A stretch of 64,000 bases of DNA from an uncultured Planctomycetota bacterium (GCA_963737655.1 CAVTTN010000002.1:4128001-4192000), one strand, 5' to 3'; counted from the first letter of the stretch, positions 38,182-48,170 are shown. Notes: generated from the letters alone by a model not told the origin. Numbers and translations are program-made.

Positions 38182-41100
38182 ATGCGTCGCTCGCTGATCG
38201 CCGTCGCCCTGACGCTATGCGTAGGCCAGCCCGCCGGGGCACAGGCCCCGATCGCGGCCCCGGCCGATCGGCCCCCGCAGGTCTGGGCCGTCCTGGTCGG
38301 GGTGCAGAAGTATGACGACCCGGCAATCCCCGCCTGCGCCGGCGCCGTGGCCGATGAGGTCGCTCTCGCCGGCTGGCTCCAGAAGTCCGCGCGTTGGGAC
38401 TCGGCCAACATCTTGCGGATGGACGAGTTCGGCCAGCCCACCCACGGGCTGCCCTCTCTCCCGGTCGGCAACCTGCGACCAACCCGCGAGAACCTCGATT
38501 TCGCGCTCAAGGGCTGGCTTCGGTATCGGGTCCGCCCCGGCGACGTCGTCGTCTTCGCCTTTGCCGGTCACGGGGCGGTCGCCCCGGCCGACCCGGGGGC
38601 GAAGGCCGAAGCCCCCCGCGAGATCCTCCTGCCCATCGACGCCCGCAAGTCCGACCTCGCCCGGACCGGCTGGTCCCCGGAAGACGGCCTGGACGAGCTG
38701 GCCACCCTGTCCCCTCGCGCCGTGCTCTGCCTGATGGATACCTCGCTCCACGGCCGGGGCCAGACCGTCGCCCCGCCGGACGACCCGAAGGCCACCCTGC
38801 GATTCCTCCGCCGCCTGGCCCGATGGCCGGGGGTCTCCGCCTGGATGGCCGCCGACGGCCGACCCTCCGCCGGACCGGGCCCCGGCCCGAACTCGCACGG
38901 CCCGTTGACCGCCGCCCTGCTCCGCGGCCTGGGCGACTCGCCGAACAACGTCCGGGCCGCGCTGAACGTCATCTTCAGCGATGAGACGCTCAAGGCCCAG
39001 GGATTTCGCCCTATCGGCGGAGTGGCCCCCGAGGTCACCCTCTGGCCTTCTCAGCTCAAGAGGCCCGAACTCTTCGTCCCTCGGCTCCTCCTTCAGCAGG
39101 GCCACGCCGCGGCGATTACCGGGATGGTCGCCACTCCCGACGGCGAGGAGCTCATCACGTCCAGCGAGGATTCCACCGTCCGCCTCTGGAGGCTCTCCGA
39201 TCGCAAGCTCCTGCGGGTCTTCGGCGACCACCTCGTCGGCGTGAAGGCCGTGGGGATGACGACCGACGGCCACCTGATGGCCAGCGGCGATGGCAAGGGC
39301 CGGATCAACGTCCGAGACCTCACCCGGCCGATCGAGATGGGGATGAAGTCGGTCCCCCGACAGCCGCATTCGGTCGCGATTGAAGCCATCGAGTTCCTGC
39401 CCGAAGGCCGCGCGTTCGTCACGCTCGACGCCAAGGGGAACACCGTGGCCTGGGACGCTTCGGCCGCTGAAATCGCCACCCGCCCCTTGATGGAAGTCGC
39501 GTGCCGACGGCTCGCCACGGCCACTCTTCCGGGCCCGGTGGCGCTGGTGGTCGTGGGTTCCGATGGCCAGGTCCGCCTCTTCGGCAAGGACCTGGCGGCG
39601 GTCGGCGTGCTCGATGGCCCTCCCGAGCGCGTCACGGCCCTGGCCCTCTCGCCCGACGGCACCCGCGCCGCCGCCGGGGACGACTCCGGCCAGCTCTGGA
39701 TCTACGACCTGAAGACGAAAACCGTCACCGCCAAGCCGAAGTTCGAGGAGACCGTCGGCCTCTTGAAGTTCTCCGAAGACGGACGGCTCCTCGTGGCGTC
39801 GGGGGACGGCCTGACCGTCTTCGACCCCGACCGCAACGGGGCACGCACCGCCCTGGAGTTCGACGGCCCGGCGGCCTCCGCCTCGTTCTCTCGCGACGGT
39901 CGATGGCTCGCCGCGTTGTCGAAGATCGGCACGCTTCACCTCTGGTCCTTCGGGGCCGACGGCCGCCCCTCGCGGACAGTCTTGGCCGGCGCCGAGGGGG
40001 CCGGCTCGTTCCGGTCCGTGGCGATCGCGGCCGACTCGCGGACGGTCCTCGCCGGCGAAGCCTCGGGCGGATTCCGCCAGTGGGAGCTGCCCGACGGCGG
40101 CCTCCGCTCCCGGGTCGCGTCCCACCGAGGCCGGGTCCGCTCTCTCGCGGTCGCCAAGGGGGAAGACGGCCAGGGCCGCTACCTCCTCCAGATCACCCAC
40201 GACGGGATCGCTCAGCTCTGGGACCTCCAGGAGATCAAGGACGGTCAAACCGTCCGCACCCTCCAAGGGCTGTGGACCTCCGCCGCGTTCCTCCCTGGTG
40301 ATGCCTCGAAGCTCCTGATGACTCGCGACGCGGACTCCGGCGGGACCGTGGTGATGGTCGAAGCGGACTCGGGCAAGGTCGTCCGCGAATACCCCCGTCC
40401 CCCCTCCGCCGACGGCGGGGTCTCGGAAATCGACTTCGACCGCGTGACCGTCTCGCCCGATGGCGCCCGGGTCGCCGCCGCCGCGGCCGATGGCCGCCGG
40501 CCGATCGTCTGCGTCTGGAAGATCGAGGGCGGGCCGCCCGCCGTCCTCGCCCGCCACACCGGCTCGCCGACCGTCGTCGCGTTTTCGAGCGACGCGAAAT
40601 CGCTGCTGACCGCCGGCAAGGACGGCCTGACGATGCTCTGGGACATGGCCAAGGCTCCGGAGGTCGCCCCGGTGATCCTCGCCGCCTCGGTCCCGGGGGA
40701 AGTCATCACGGCCGCGGCCCTGGCCCCGGCCGGGCCGACCCGGATCGTCACCTGCCGCTACTCCGCCGACGACTACAAGACGCGGATCGAGACCTGGGAC
40801 CTCCCCCCCAACGGCGGCAAGCCGACGCCGATGCCCGTCCCCGGCGGGCTGATTGAAGGGATGGTCCCGGCCCTGGCCTTCACGGCCGACGGGCGATGGC
40901 TCGCGGCGTCCGGCCAGAACCGGACGATGAACGTCTGGGAGACCACCAACGGAGGCCGAAAGCTCGCCGTCCGCCCAAACCAGTTTCACGACGAGCAGGT
41001 CAACGCGCTGGTCGGCTGGCCCAAGGGGGCGATGTTCGCCTCGGGCTCGGACGATACGACGGTCCGGCTCTGGGCGCCCGAGGCCGCCCGGCCCGAGGAC

Positions 41101-42609
41101 CAGCAAAAGGTCGTCCGCTGGACGCTCCTGGGCAGCATGTCGGCCGCCCCTCCCGAGTTCGACGGCCCCCCCAAGGCCCGGACCTCTCCCGAATGGGTCC
41201 TGTTCACGCCCGACGGCAAGTTCGATAGCTCGCTTCAGGGCGAGCACCTCGTCACGTTCGTTCAGGACCAGGAAGTCCGGCCGCTCGACCAGTACCTCGA
41301 ATCCCACTACCAATCCGGCCTCGGAGATTCCCTCCGGCAAGGGAAGGCGGTCCCGGCCGTCCTGACGACGCCGAAATCCTCGGTGGCGATCGACCCGCCG
41401 CCCACCGTCTCTCCCGATCGCGAAACCCGGCTGACGATCTCCATCACCGACGCGGCGCTCAAGCAACGGGACCTCCGGCTCTACCACAACGATCAGCCGG
41501 TGCAGACCGTCGAGGACTTCACTCCGGTCCCGGGGACGGATCGTCGGTTCGTGGCCACGGTCAAGCTCCGGGGCGGGACGAACCGCTTCTACGCGATGGC
41601 CGGCTCTCGCGAGGGCGTGGATACGCGGTCGAAGGACGTGCAGGTGGAGTTCGACGCGCCCGAGGACCGAGGGCGGATCCACGTCCTGGCGCTGGGGATC
41701 AGCGAGTACGCCAAGAACGCCTTGAAGTTCGCCCATGCCGACGCCCAGTCCATCGCCGAGACCCTCGGCGATCGAGCCGTCGCCGCCGGTCGATTGCCGG
41801 GCCTCCTGATCGTCCTGAAGAACACGGAGGTCGGCGAAACGCGACTCGACGCCGAGTTCCGCCGGCTCCGGGCCGAGATCCAGGGCCATCCCGAGGATAC
41901 CATCGTCGTCTTCCTCGCCGGCCATACCGGAGTGGTCAAGAAGCAGCCCGACAACCTCCGATTCAGCCTGCTGATGCCCGATTTCCCGTTCCCCGACGAG
42001 ACGCTGAAGGTCGCCTCCGTCCGGGGACCCGCCGAAGGAGTCCTCCCGGCCGACAAGGACTCGACGTATATCCCCTATTACATCCTGTCGAGGAACCTCG
42101 CGCGGATCGATGCCTTGCAGAGGCTGGTGATCGTCGATGCGTGCCAGGCCGAGGCGATCCTGAGCGACCAGGGCGTGTTGCAGGTCCAGCGGTTCATGGA
42201 AAAGGGGGCCAGGAAGGCCAAGACGTCGTACCTCCTGGCGGCCCGCCGGGGTGAGCCGGCCTACGAAGACGCGGACCTCCGCCACGGCTTGCTGACCTAC
42301 ACCCTCCTTCGCGGCCTTCAGGCGCCGAAGCTCGAACCCCTGCCCCGGGCGGTCCCCGATCTGGATCGGCTCCCCTCCGCCGATCTCGACGGCGACGGGA
42401 CGATCACGACCCAGGAGCTTCGCGACTATACCGACCAGACGCTGCCGCTCCTGGCCCAGAATTATCCCCGGGGCGACACCCGAGGCGAGGGCAGCGTCCC
42501 CCGGGGCACCGGCCCGATCTCGGCCCGGAGCCGGAAGCTCTGGCTTCGCTCGGCCGACGTCTCCTTCCCCCTGCTCTCCGGGGGCTCCAAGCCCAAACCG
42601 GCCGAGTAG
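38182..42609 (+). CDS. Exported caspase(C14)-WD40 propeller-caspase(C14) protein with an EF-hand-like loop
   Basis: Signal peptide (…QPAGA/Q); N-terminal domain WAVLVGV, PTREN, FAGHG; many WD40 repeats (GH…SEDSTVRLW, SGSDDTTVRLW); C-terminal domain HVLALGIS, FLAGH, IVDAC, HGLLTY and DLDGDGTITTQE. Confidence 0.9.
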   Translation: MRRSLIAVALTLCVGQPAGAQAPIAAPADRPPQVWAVLVGVQKYDDPAIPACAGAVADEVALAGWLQKSARWDSANILRMDEFGQPTHGLPSLPVGNLRPTRENLDFALKGWLRYRVRPGDVVVFAFAGHGAVAPADPGAKAEAPREILLPIDARKSDLARTGWSPEDGLDELATLSPRAVLCLMDTSLHGRGQTVAPPDDPKATLRFLRRLARWPGVSAWMAADGRPSAGPGPGPNSHGPLTAALLRGLGDSPNNVRAALNVIFSDETLKAQGFRPIGGVAPEVTLWPSQLKRPELFVPRLLLQQGHAAAITGMVATPDGEELITSSEDSTVRLWRLSDRKLLRVFGDHLVGVKAVGMTTDGHLMASGDGKGRINVRDLTRPIEMGMKSVPRQPHSVAIEAIEFLPEGRAFVTLDAKGNTVAWDASAAEIATRPLMEVACRRLATATLPGPVALVVVGSDGQVRLFGKDLAAVGVLDGPPERVTALALSPDGTRAAAGDDSGQLWIYDLKTKTVTAKPKFEETVGLLKFSEDGRLLVASGDGLTVFDPDRNGARTALEFDGPAASASFSRDGRWLAALSKIGTLHLWSFGADGRPSRTVLAGAEGAGSFRSVAIAADSRTVLAGEASGGFRQWELPDGGLRSRVASHRGRVRSLAVAKGEDGQGRYLLQITHDGIAQLWDLQEIKDGQTVRTLQGLWTSAAFLPGDASKLLMTRDADSGGTVVMVEADSGKVVREYPRPPSADGGVSEIDFDRVTVSPDGARVAAAAADGRRPIVCVWKIEGGPPAVLARHTGSPTVVAFSSDAKSLLTAGKDGLTMLWDMAKAPEVAPVILAASVPGEVITAAALAPAGPTRIVTCRYSADDYKTRIETWDLPPNGGKPTPMPVPGGLIEGMVPALAFTADGRWLAASGQNRTMNVWETTNGGRKLAVRPNQFHDEQVNALVGWPKGAMFASGSDDTTVRLWAPEAARPEDQQKVVRWTLLGSMSAAPPEFDGPPKARTSPEWVLFTPDGKFDSSLQGEHLVTFVQDQEVRPLDQYLESHYQSGLGDSLRQGKAVPAVLTTPKSSVAIDPPPTVSPDRETRLTISITDAALKQRDLRLYHNDQPVQTVEDFTPVPGTDRRFVATVKLRGGTNRFYAMAGSREGVDTRSKDVQVEFDAPEDRGRIHVLALGISEYAKNALKFAHADAQSIAETLGDRAVAAGRLPGLLIVLKNTEVGETRLDAEFRRLRAEIQGHPEDTIVVFLAGHTGVVKKQPDNLRFSLLMPDFPFPDETLKVASVRGPAEGVLPADKDSTYIPYYILSRNLARIDALQRLVIVDACQAEAILSDQGVLQVQRFMEKGARKAKTSYLLAARRGEPAYEDADLRHGLLTYTLLRGLQAPKLEPLPRAVPDLDRLPSADLDGDGTITTQELRDYTDQTLPLLAQNYPRGDTRGEGSVPRGTGPISARSRKLWLRSADVSFPLLSGGSKPKPAE

Positions 42610-42634
42610 GGTCGGGGAACCGCACGAGCGTCGC

Positions 42635-43132
42635 TCATCGGCCCCCAGTCAACGCGGCGCCGATCTGCCGGAGCTCGGCGGCCTCGGCGGCCTGGCCGAG
42701 GGCGTCGTGACAGGCGATCAGGCCGTCGAGGGCGTCGTAAAACGGCCGGTTTCCGGGCAGATTCGGGGGCAAGAGCCCCCGGAAATCGCCCGGGATCGCC
42801 TTCCTCGCCAGCTCGAACGCATAGCCGAAATGGCCCCGGGCGAGTGAAGGATCCTTCGACGCCTCCAGGGCGATCCGCCCGAGCGCGGCGTGGACCCAGA
42901 GATTATCGCCGCAGCCCTGGAGCGCGAACCGGAGGGCGTCGCGGGCCTCCTCCGGCTCGCCGGCCTTCCAGATCTCGACCCCTTCCTCATAGTCGGGCCG
43001 CATCTCCTCGACGCATCGGGGATGGACCAGCTCGAATCGGTCGCCACCCACCCGACGCAGCCCGAGGCCGCCGGTCCGCCTCGGCGTCGGCGATCCCCTC
43101 GGCGCCCCCCCGAACGATCGACCATCCTCCAC
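42635..43132 (-). CDS. Hypothetical TPR-like helical protein
   Basis: TPR-like pattern EEARDALRFALQGCGDNLWVHAALGRIAL…ARGHFGYAFEL; convergent with the caspase gene. The start is uncertain. Confidence 0.65.
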   Translation of the reverse strand: MEDGRSFGGAPRGSPTPRRTGGLGLRRVGGDRFELVHPRCVEEMRPDYEEGVEIWKAGEPEEARDALRFALQGCGDNLWVHAALGRIALEASKDPSLARGHFGYAFELARKAIPGDFRGLLPPNLPGNRPFYDALDGLIACHDALGQAAEAAELRQIGAALTGGR

Positions 43133-43195
43133 CCCCTACTTCTCGCAGTCTGCTCGCCTTGGTCCTCATCCTACGATCCTGGCGACGTCGTGGAA

Positions 43196-43412
43196 ATGGG
43201 GGAAAATGGTGTCAGATCGATTTTTTGCGCGGAAAAATCGATCTGACATCATCTGTAGAAAACCCGGTGATGGAGAGGAAACGAGTCGGTCCGACTTCAG
43301 TCGGGCCTACACGAAGGTCTTGCTTTGTAGGCCCGACTGAAGTCGGACCGACTCGTTTCCTCATTCTCGATGGGGTTTTCTACAGAACAGATCTGACACC
43401 ATTTTTCCCCAT
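43196..43412. mobile_element. Nested palindromic element (MITE/REP-doublet-like)
   Basis: Outer 23-bp IR 43196-43218/43390-43412 (1 mismatch), middle 14-bp IR 43252-43265/43373-43386, and inner perfect 37-bp IR 43275-43311/43326-43362 containing GTAG-led hairpin units. Confidence 0.75.
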
Positions 43413-43431
43413 GTCCCGTTCGGCTCCGGCC

Positions 43432-46236
43432 TCAGGTCCCGGACTCGACGGGGTCCAGCGCCTGGTTGCCTTCGACGGTCCCGGAGAGTTCGGCCTCCAT
43501 CTCGCGGAGTTCCTTGGACTCGACCTTGCTCCGGTAGACCGCGTAGCCGACGATCGCCACGCCCAGGAAGCCGACGGCGTAGAAGAGCATCCAGGGGAGG
43601 CTCCACCTGGGCTCTTTGCTGAAGGCGATGATCGGGGCGATCGCCAGGAGGGCCACCATGTTCATGACCTTGATCAGGGGGTTCAGCGCCGGGCCGGCGG
43701 TGTCCTTCAGCGGGTCGCCGACGGTGTCGCCCGTGACGGCCGCCTTATGCTTCTCCGAGCCCTTGCCCGTGAGCTCGGTCCGGGGTTCATCCTCGATCAG
43801 CTTCTTGGCGTTGTCCCAGGCCCCTCCGGCATTGGCCATGAACACGGCCAGGAGCTGGCCGACGATGATCATCCCCGCGAGATAGCCGCCCAGAGCATAG
43901 GGCCCGAGGAAGATCCCGACGAGGATCGGCGCGACCAGGGCGAGTAAGCCGGGCCCGATCAGCTCTCCCTGGGCCGCCGCGGTGCAGATATTCACGACCC
44001 GGCCGTAATCCGGCGTCTTCGTCCCGGCCCAGATCTCCTGGTCGCGGAACTGGAGCCGGCATTCCTTGACGATCAGGAACGCGGCGCGACCGACGGCGCG
44101 GATCAGCATCGAGCTGAACAGGAACGGCACCGTCCCGCCGATCAGGGCGCCGATGAAGACTTCCGGCTGGGCGATCGAGAGACGCGCGGCCTCCGCGGCG
44201 TATTGCTCCGTGGTCATCTGGTCGATCTTCGACTCGCTCCCCACCGCGATCACCGCGATGAAGGAGGCGAACAGGCTGACCGCCGCGATCACGGCCGAGC
44301 CGATCGCGATCCCCTTGGTCTCGGCCTTCGTCGTGTTGCCCACGGCGTCGAGATCGGCGAGGATCTGCCGGGCCCGCGCGTAGTTCACCTCGCCCATCTC
44401 TTCGCGATCGTAGCCCATCTCGCCGATCCCGTTGGCGTTGTCGGCCACGGGGCCGAAGACGTCCATGCTGATCGTATTGCCGGTCAGCGTGAGCATCCCG
44501 ATCCCGCACATCGCCACGCCGTAGGCCACGAAGATGGCGCTCGCCCCCGCGTAGATCACGACGGAGAAGAAGATCGCCGCCGCGATCACGAGTGCGGCCA
44601 CCACCGTCGATTCATAGCCGACGGCGAACCCCTGGATGATGTTCGTCGCGTGGCCGGTCTGGCACGCCTTGGCCAGCGACTTGACCGGTTCGTAATGGGT
44701 ATGGGTGTAGTAGCTCGTGACCTTGTTCAGGGCCAGCGCCAGGACGATCCCGACGAGGCAAGTCAGCGCCGGCCGGAGGTCCAGACCGCCCCAGACCCCG
44801 AGGTTGGACCAGAACGCCTGCTTGTCGGCCAGGATCTTGCCCTCGTAGGATGTCTTGACCCATCCTCGGAAATCGGCGTGGGCCTTTCCGGCCTCATACG
44901 CGGCCTTGACCGAGGGGAGGCCGGGGGCGGCGGTGTCCATCGTGTCGACGACCCTGGCCCTCGCTTCTCCGTAAGTCAGCTTCCACGAATCGAAGGCCCG
45001 GCCGTCTCGGCCGGCGTCGAACGCGGACCTCGCCGCGTCGAACTCGTCGGTCACCGCGTAGCCGCCGAGCGCCTGGGGGTATTCCCTCATGTACTTGTCA
45101 TTGAAGTGCAAGTAGCCGGCCCCCAGCGCGAAGAACCCGGCCACGCTGATGAGCGACCCGATGATGAACCCGCGATGGACCGAGTGCAGCGCCTCGTCGC
45201 TCGTGCTGTTCGGCCCCGCCTTGACCGTGTAGGTGCTGATGATCGAACCGAGGACGCCGATCGCCCGGACCAGCAGCGGGAAGATCACGCCCTTGTGGCC
45301 GAAGCTGGCGTAGCCGAGGATCATCGCGGCGACGATCGTGACCTCGTAACTCTCGAAGATGTCGGCGGCCATCCCGGCGCAGTCGCCGACGTTGTCGCCG
45401 ACGTTGTCGGCGATCGTGGCGGCGTTGCGGGGGTCGTCCTCGGGGATGTTCGCCTCGACCTTGCCCACGAGGTCGGCGCCCACGTCGGCGGCCTTGGTGT
45501 AGATGCCCCCGCCGACCCTCATGAAGAGGGCGAGGAGCGTCCCGCCGAAGCCGAATCCGAGGAGCACCTCATAGGCGTGCTCGCCGAAGGCCATGAAGAT
45601 CACCGTGCCTCCGAGGAGACCGAGGCCGTCGGTGAGCATCCCGGTGATCGTCCCGGTCCGGTAGCCGAGCTGAAGGGCGCCTCCGTAGCTGGTCCTCGCC
45701 GCGGCGGCCACCCGGAGGTTCCCTCGGACCGCCAGGCTCATCCCCACGAAGCCGACCAGCCACGAGAACGTGGCCCCGACGAAGAACGCCGCGACCCGGC
45801 CGATCTTGACGGCCCCGGCCTCGGGAGAAACGTCGCCGGTCGTCGCGAAGTAGAGGACCGCGCAGAGCAGGAACACGAGGAAGATGATCGCCTTGAACTG
45901 CCTCCAGAGGTAGGCATTCGCGCCCAGGCGGATCGCTCGGGCGACCTCCTTCATCTTCGTCGTGCCCTGGTCGGCCCCCAGGACCTGGCCCACCAGTCCC
46001 GCTGCATAGAGCAGGCCCGCCACGGCCACGCCCAGGACGACCACCAGGCCCCATTTCTCGAAGCCCTGATAGCTCGGGTCGTTCCAGAAGCTGAAGAGCC
46101 GGAACGCCTTCGCGGGGGGCGGCGCCATCTCCGACCCGACCGCCGCGCGGATCACTTCCTCGGCCCGAGCCGGCCCGGCCCAGGCCGAGACCGCCCCGAG
46201 GAGGGCCAGGATCACCACGATACGCCTTCGTCGCAT
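43432..46236 (-). CDS. hppA: Membrane-bound proton-translocating pyrophosphatase, K+-independent type
   Basis: GGIYTKAADVGADLVGKVEANIPEDDPRN, DNVGDNVGD, GPVADNANGI, GNTTKA, GGAWDNAKK and GDTVGDPLKDTAGP motifs. Confidence 0.95.
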   Translation of the reverse strand: MRRRRIVVILALLGAVSAWAGPARAEEVIRAAVGSEMAPPPAKAFRLFSFWNDPSYQGFEKWGLVVVLGVAVAGLLYAAGLVGQVLGADQGTTKMKEVARAIRLGANAYLWRQFKAIIFLVFLLCAVLYFATTGDVSPEAGAVKIGRVAAFFVGATFSWLVGFVGMSLAVRGNLRVAAAARTSYGGALQLGYRTGTITGMLTDGLGLLGGTVIFMAFGEHAYEVLLGFGFGGTLLALFMRVGGGIYTKAADVGADLVGKVEANIPEDDPRNAATIADNVGDNVGDCAGMAADIFESYEVTIVAAMILGYASFGHKGVIFPLLVRAIGVLGSIISTYTVKAGPNSTSDEALHSVHRGFIIGSLISVAGFFALGAGYLHFNDKYMREYPQALGGYAVTDEFDAARSAFDAGRDGRAFDSWKLTYGEARARVVDTMDTAAPGLPSVKAAYEAGKAHADFRGWVKTSYEGKILADKQAFWSNLGVWGGLDLRPALTCLVGIVLALALNKVTSYYTHTHYEPVKSLAKACQTGHATNIIQGFAVGYESTVVAALVIAAAIFFSVVIYAGASAIFVAYGVAMCGIGMLTLTGNTISMDVFGPVADNANGIGEMGYDREEMGEVNYARARQILADLDAVGNTTKAETKGIAIGSAVIAAVSLFASFIAVIAVGSESKIDQMTTEQYAAEAARLSIAQPEVFIGALIGGTVPFLFSSMLIRAVGRAAFLIVKECRLQFRDQEIWAGTKTPDYGRVVNICTAAAQGELIGPGLLALVAPILVGIFLGPYALGGYLAGMIIVGQLLAVFMANAGGAWDNAKKLIEDEPRTELTGKGSEKHKAAVTGDTVGDPLKDTAGPALNPLIKVMNMVALLAIAPIIAFSKEPRWSLPWMLFYAVGFLGVAIVGYAVYRSKVESKELREMEAELSGTVEGNQALDPVESGT

Positions 46237-46526
46237 GAGGATGCCTCCGCCTGGATTCCCGGGACGAGGGGACGATGCGACCCCGAGACGGCGTCCGTTC
46301 CCGGGACATCGCCACGACGCGCCTCGAATTCCACTTTCAAACGAGAAGACCGGCGATGTGCCGGGTGACTAGCACGGATTAGACACCACGCCGAGACCCC
46401 GGGGAAGTGCCTACTTCCCGGTCCGTGCCGGGGGTCCTGGAGGGTGCATGACGTCCACCCATCCGACGGAGACCAACCGGCCGCTCCCCCTGCGTCCGGC
46501 GGGCTCAAGGTCGGGAACCAGGGGCT

Positions 46527-47552
46527 TCATCGCCCCAGCTTCTTGGCGACCTCCGAGAGGTCCACATACTGGAACCCGCCGCCGGTGGAGATCGCCAGAC
46601 GACGCAACGGGCCCGAGGCGCCCAGGTCCGGGCCGTCGCCGAACTGGATGGCCTGGATCTGGATGCTTCCGGAGTCGCTTCGAAGCCGGTCCACGTCCTC
46701 GTCGGCCATCCTCTCGGCGTCGGTCAGGAAGAAGACGACTTCCGGCTTCAGGGCGAACGCCTCGTGGAGGGCCAAAACGTGGTCGGTCCCGCCGTCGGAT
46801 CGAATCGTCGAGAGCAGGGTGCGGACCCTCGCCTTGTTCTCCCGGGTGGCGGGCATCAGGCTCCGGCGACCCTCCGCGTCGGTCAAGACGTTCGCCTTCA
46901 TGTTGTAGAAGACCACCGCGAACCGGGCGTCGGGCGGGAGCTGGTCGAGACTGGCGAGCAACTCCCGCTTCGCCAGGAGCAACGCGCCTCGGTTGGTCAT
47001 GCTGCCCGAACAATCAATCACATAAGCGAACGAACCACCACGGGCCCTCGCGCCGAAGAACTCGGTCCCTGGGCCGACCCCCCGACCGATCCCTCCGCCG
47101 GAGCCTCCGCCGGAGCCGCCCCCGCCGCCGTCTCCCGGGCCGGGCAGGATTCCCACCCCGGTCGTGGCCGGTCCGGGGAGGGCCTTCTCGGCCGCGGGAT
47201 CGGCCTTCGGGGTGGAGAAGACGTCGGCCAGGAGGGCCTCGGCCGCCGGGTCCTTCGTCGTTCCTTCGGGAGATCGGCCGTCGGCGACGATCCGTGCCGA
47301 TTCCAGGGGGGCGGTTCCGCCGATTGCCCCCGGCCCTCCTCCTCCGGTTTCGGCCGGGGCGCGGTTGTCCACCGGCCCCACTTCGGCATGAAGCACTTCC
47401 GGCGGCGAGGGCACCGACGGCGCCGCCACCTTCAACGCGACGAGCATCCCCAGGACGATCAACGCGACATGGAACACGGCCGACGTCCCGAGCGATCGCG
47501 GATCGGTCAACGGGGTTTCGCCGTTCGGGATCGGGAGCCGGAGCCGTTCCAT
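46527..47552 (-). CDS. Membrane-anchored vWA-domain protein with a TonB-like TM helix and Pro/Gly-rich linker
   Basis: TM segment SAVFHVALIVLG, low-complexity linker, and MIDAS elements DCSGSM, GGT and FFLTDA. Confidence 0.85.
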   Translation of the reverse strand: MERLRLPIPNGETPLTDPRSLGTSAVFHVALIVLGMLVALKVAAPSVPSPPEVLHAEVGPVDNRAPAETGGGGPGAIGGTAPLESARIVADGRSPEGTTKDPAAEALLADVFSTPKADPAAEKALPGPATTGVGILPGPGDGGGGGSGGGSGGGIGRGVGPGTEFFGARARGGSFAYVIDCSGSMTNRGALLLAKRELLASLDQLPPDARFAVVFYNMKANVLTDAEGRRSLMPATRENKARVRTLLSTIRSDGGTDHVLALHEAFALKPEVVFFLTDAERMADEDVDRLRSDSGSIQIQAIQFGDGPDLGASGPLRRLAISTGGGFQYVDLSEVAKKLGR

Positions 47553-47558
47553 CGCCGA

Positions 47559-48170
47559 TCACCCTCCTTCGGTTTCGGCCGGGCCGTCGAGAAACTGCGG
47601 AGGGACCTCGGGCGTCGGCCTCTTCGGGGGGGGGCGTCGGAGGTGCATCCTCGCGATCCAGAGGACGACCACCGCGCCGGCCGCCCCGGCAATCATCCAA
47701 TCCAGCCAGTCGCCCCGGACACGTCCCGCCGAGGTTCCGGTCGTCGCGACCACCCGGGGCGGACCGGGGCCGACCACGAGCGGGGCGACCCGGCGGACGT
47801 CCCCGGAAAGGTACGTGATCCGTCCCAGCGAAGTGCCCTCGAACTCAGCCGTGTCGCCCAGGGCTGGGAGGGTGTTCCGATCGGGAGCGACGGTGCAAAT
47901 CAGGTCGCCTGCGGGGGTGGCGAGCCAGGTTTCGAGCCTCGCCGGGAGCTCGCCCGAGGCCCCGGCCCGGAACGTCCGCACGACGCGGCCTTCGACGCTC
48001 ACGGATCGACCCCGAAACTCGTCCGGCCGGTCCCAGAGGTCGTGAAATGCAACGTTCCGAGGAGCGGTTTCGATCGCTCGGGACAAGGAGGCACGGTATT
48101 CGGGAAGCTCGGCGAGGGACAGGCCGACCTCGGCGTCTCCGATCGTCAGCAGGAGGAGAAGGGCGATCAT
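47559..48170 (-). CDS. Hypothetical membrane protein, possible OB-fold
   Basis: Hydrophobic N-terminus, PDEFRGRSVSVEGRV, C-terminal TM. ATG at 48170 overlaps the upstream TGA (ATGA). Confidence 0.7.
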   Translation of the reverse strand: MIALLLLLTIGDAEVGLSLAELPEYRASLSRAIETAPRNVAFHDLWDRPDEFRGRSVSVEGRVVRTFRAGASGELPARLETWLATPAGDLICTVAPDRNTLPALGDTAEFEGTSLGRITYLSGDVRRVAPLVVGPGPPRVVATTGTSAGRVRGDWLDWMIAGAAGAVVVLWIARMHLRRPPPKRPTPEVPPQFLDGPAETEGG

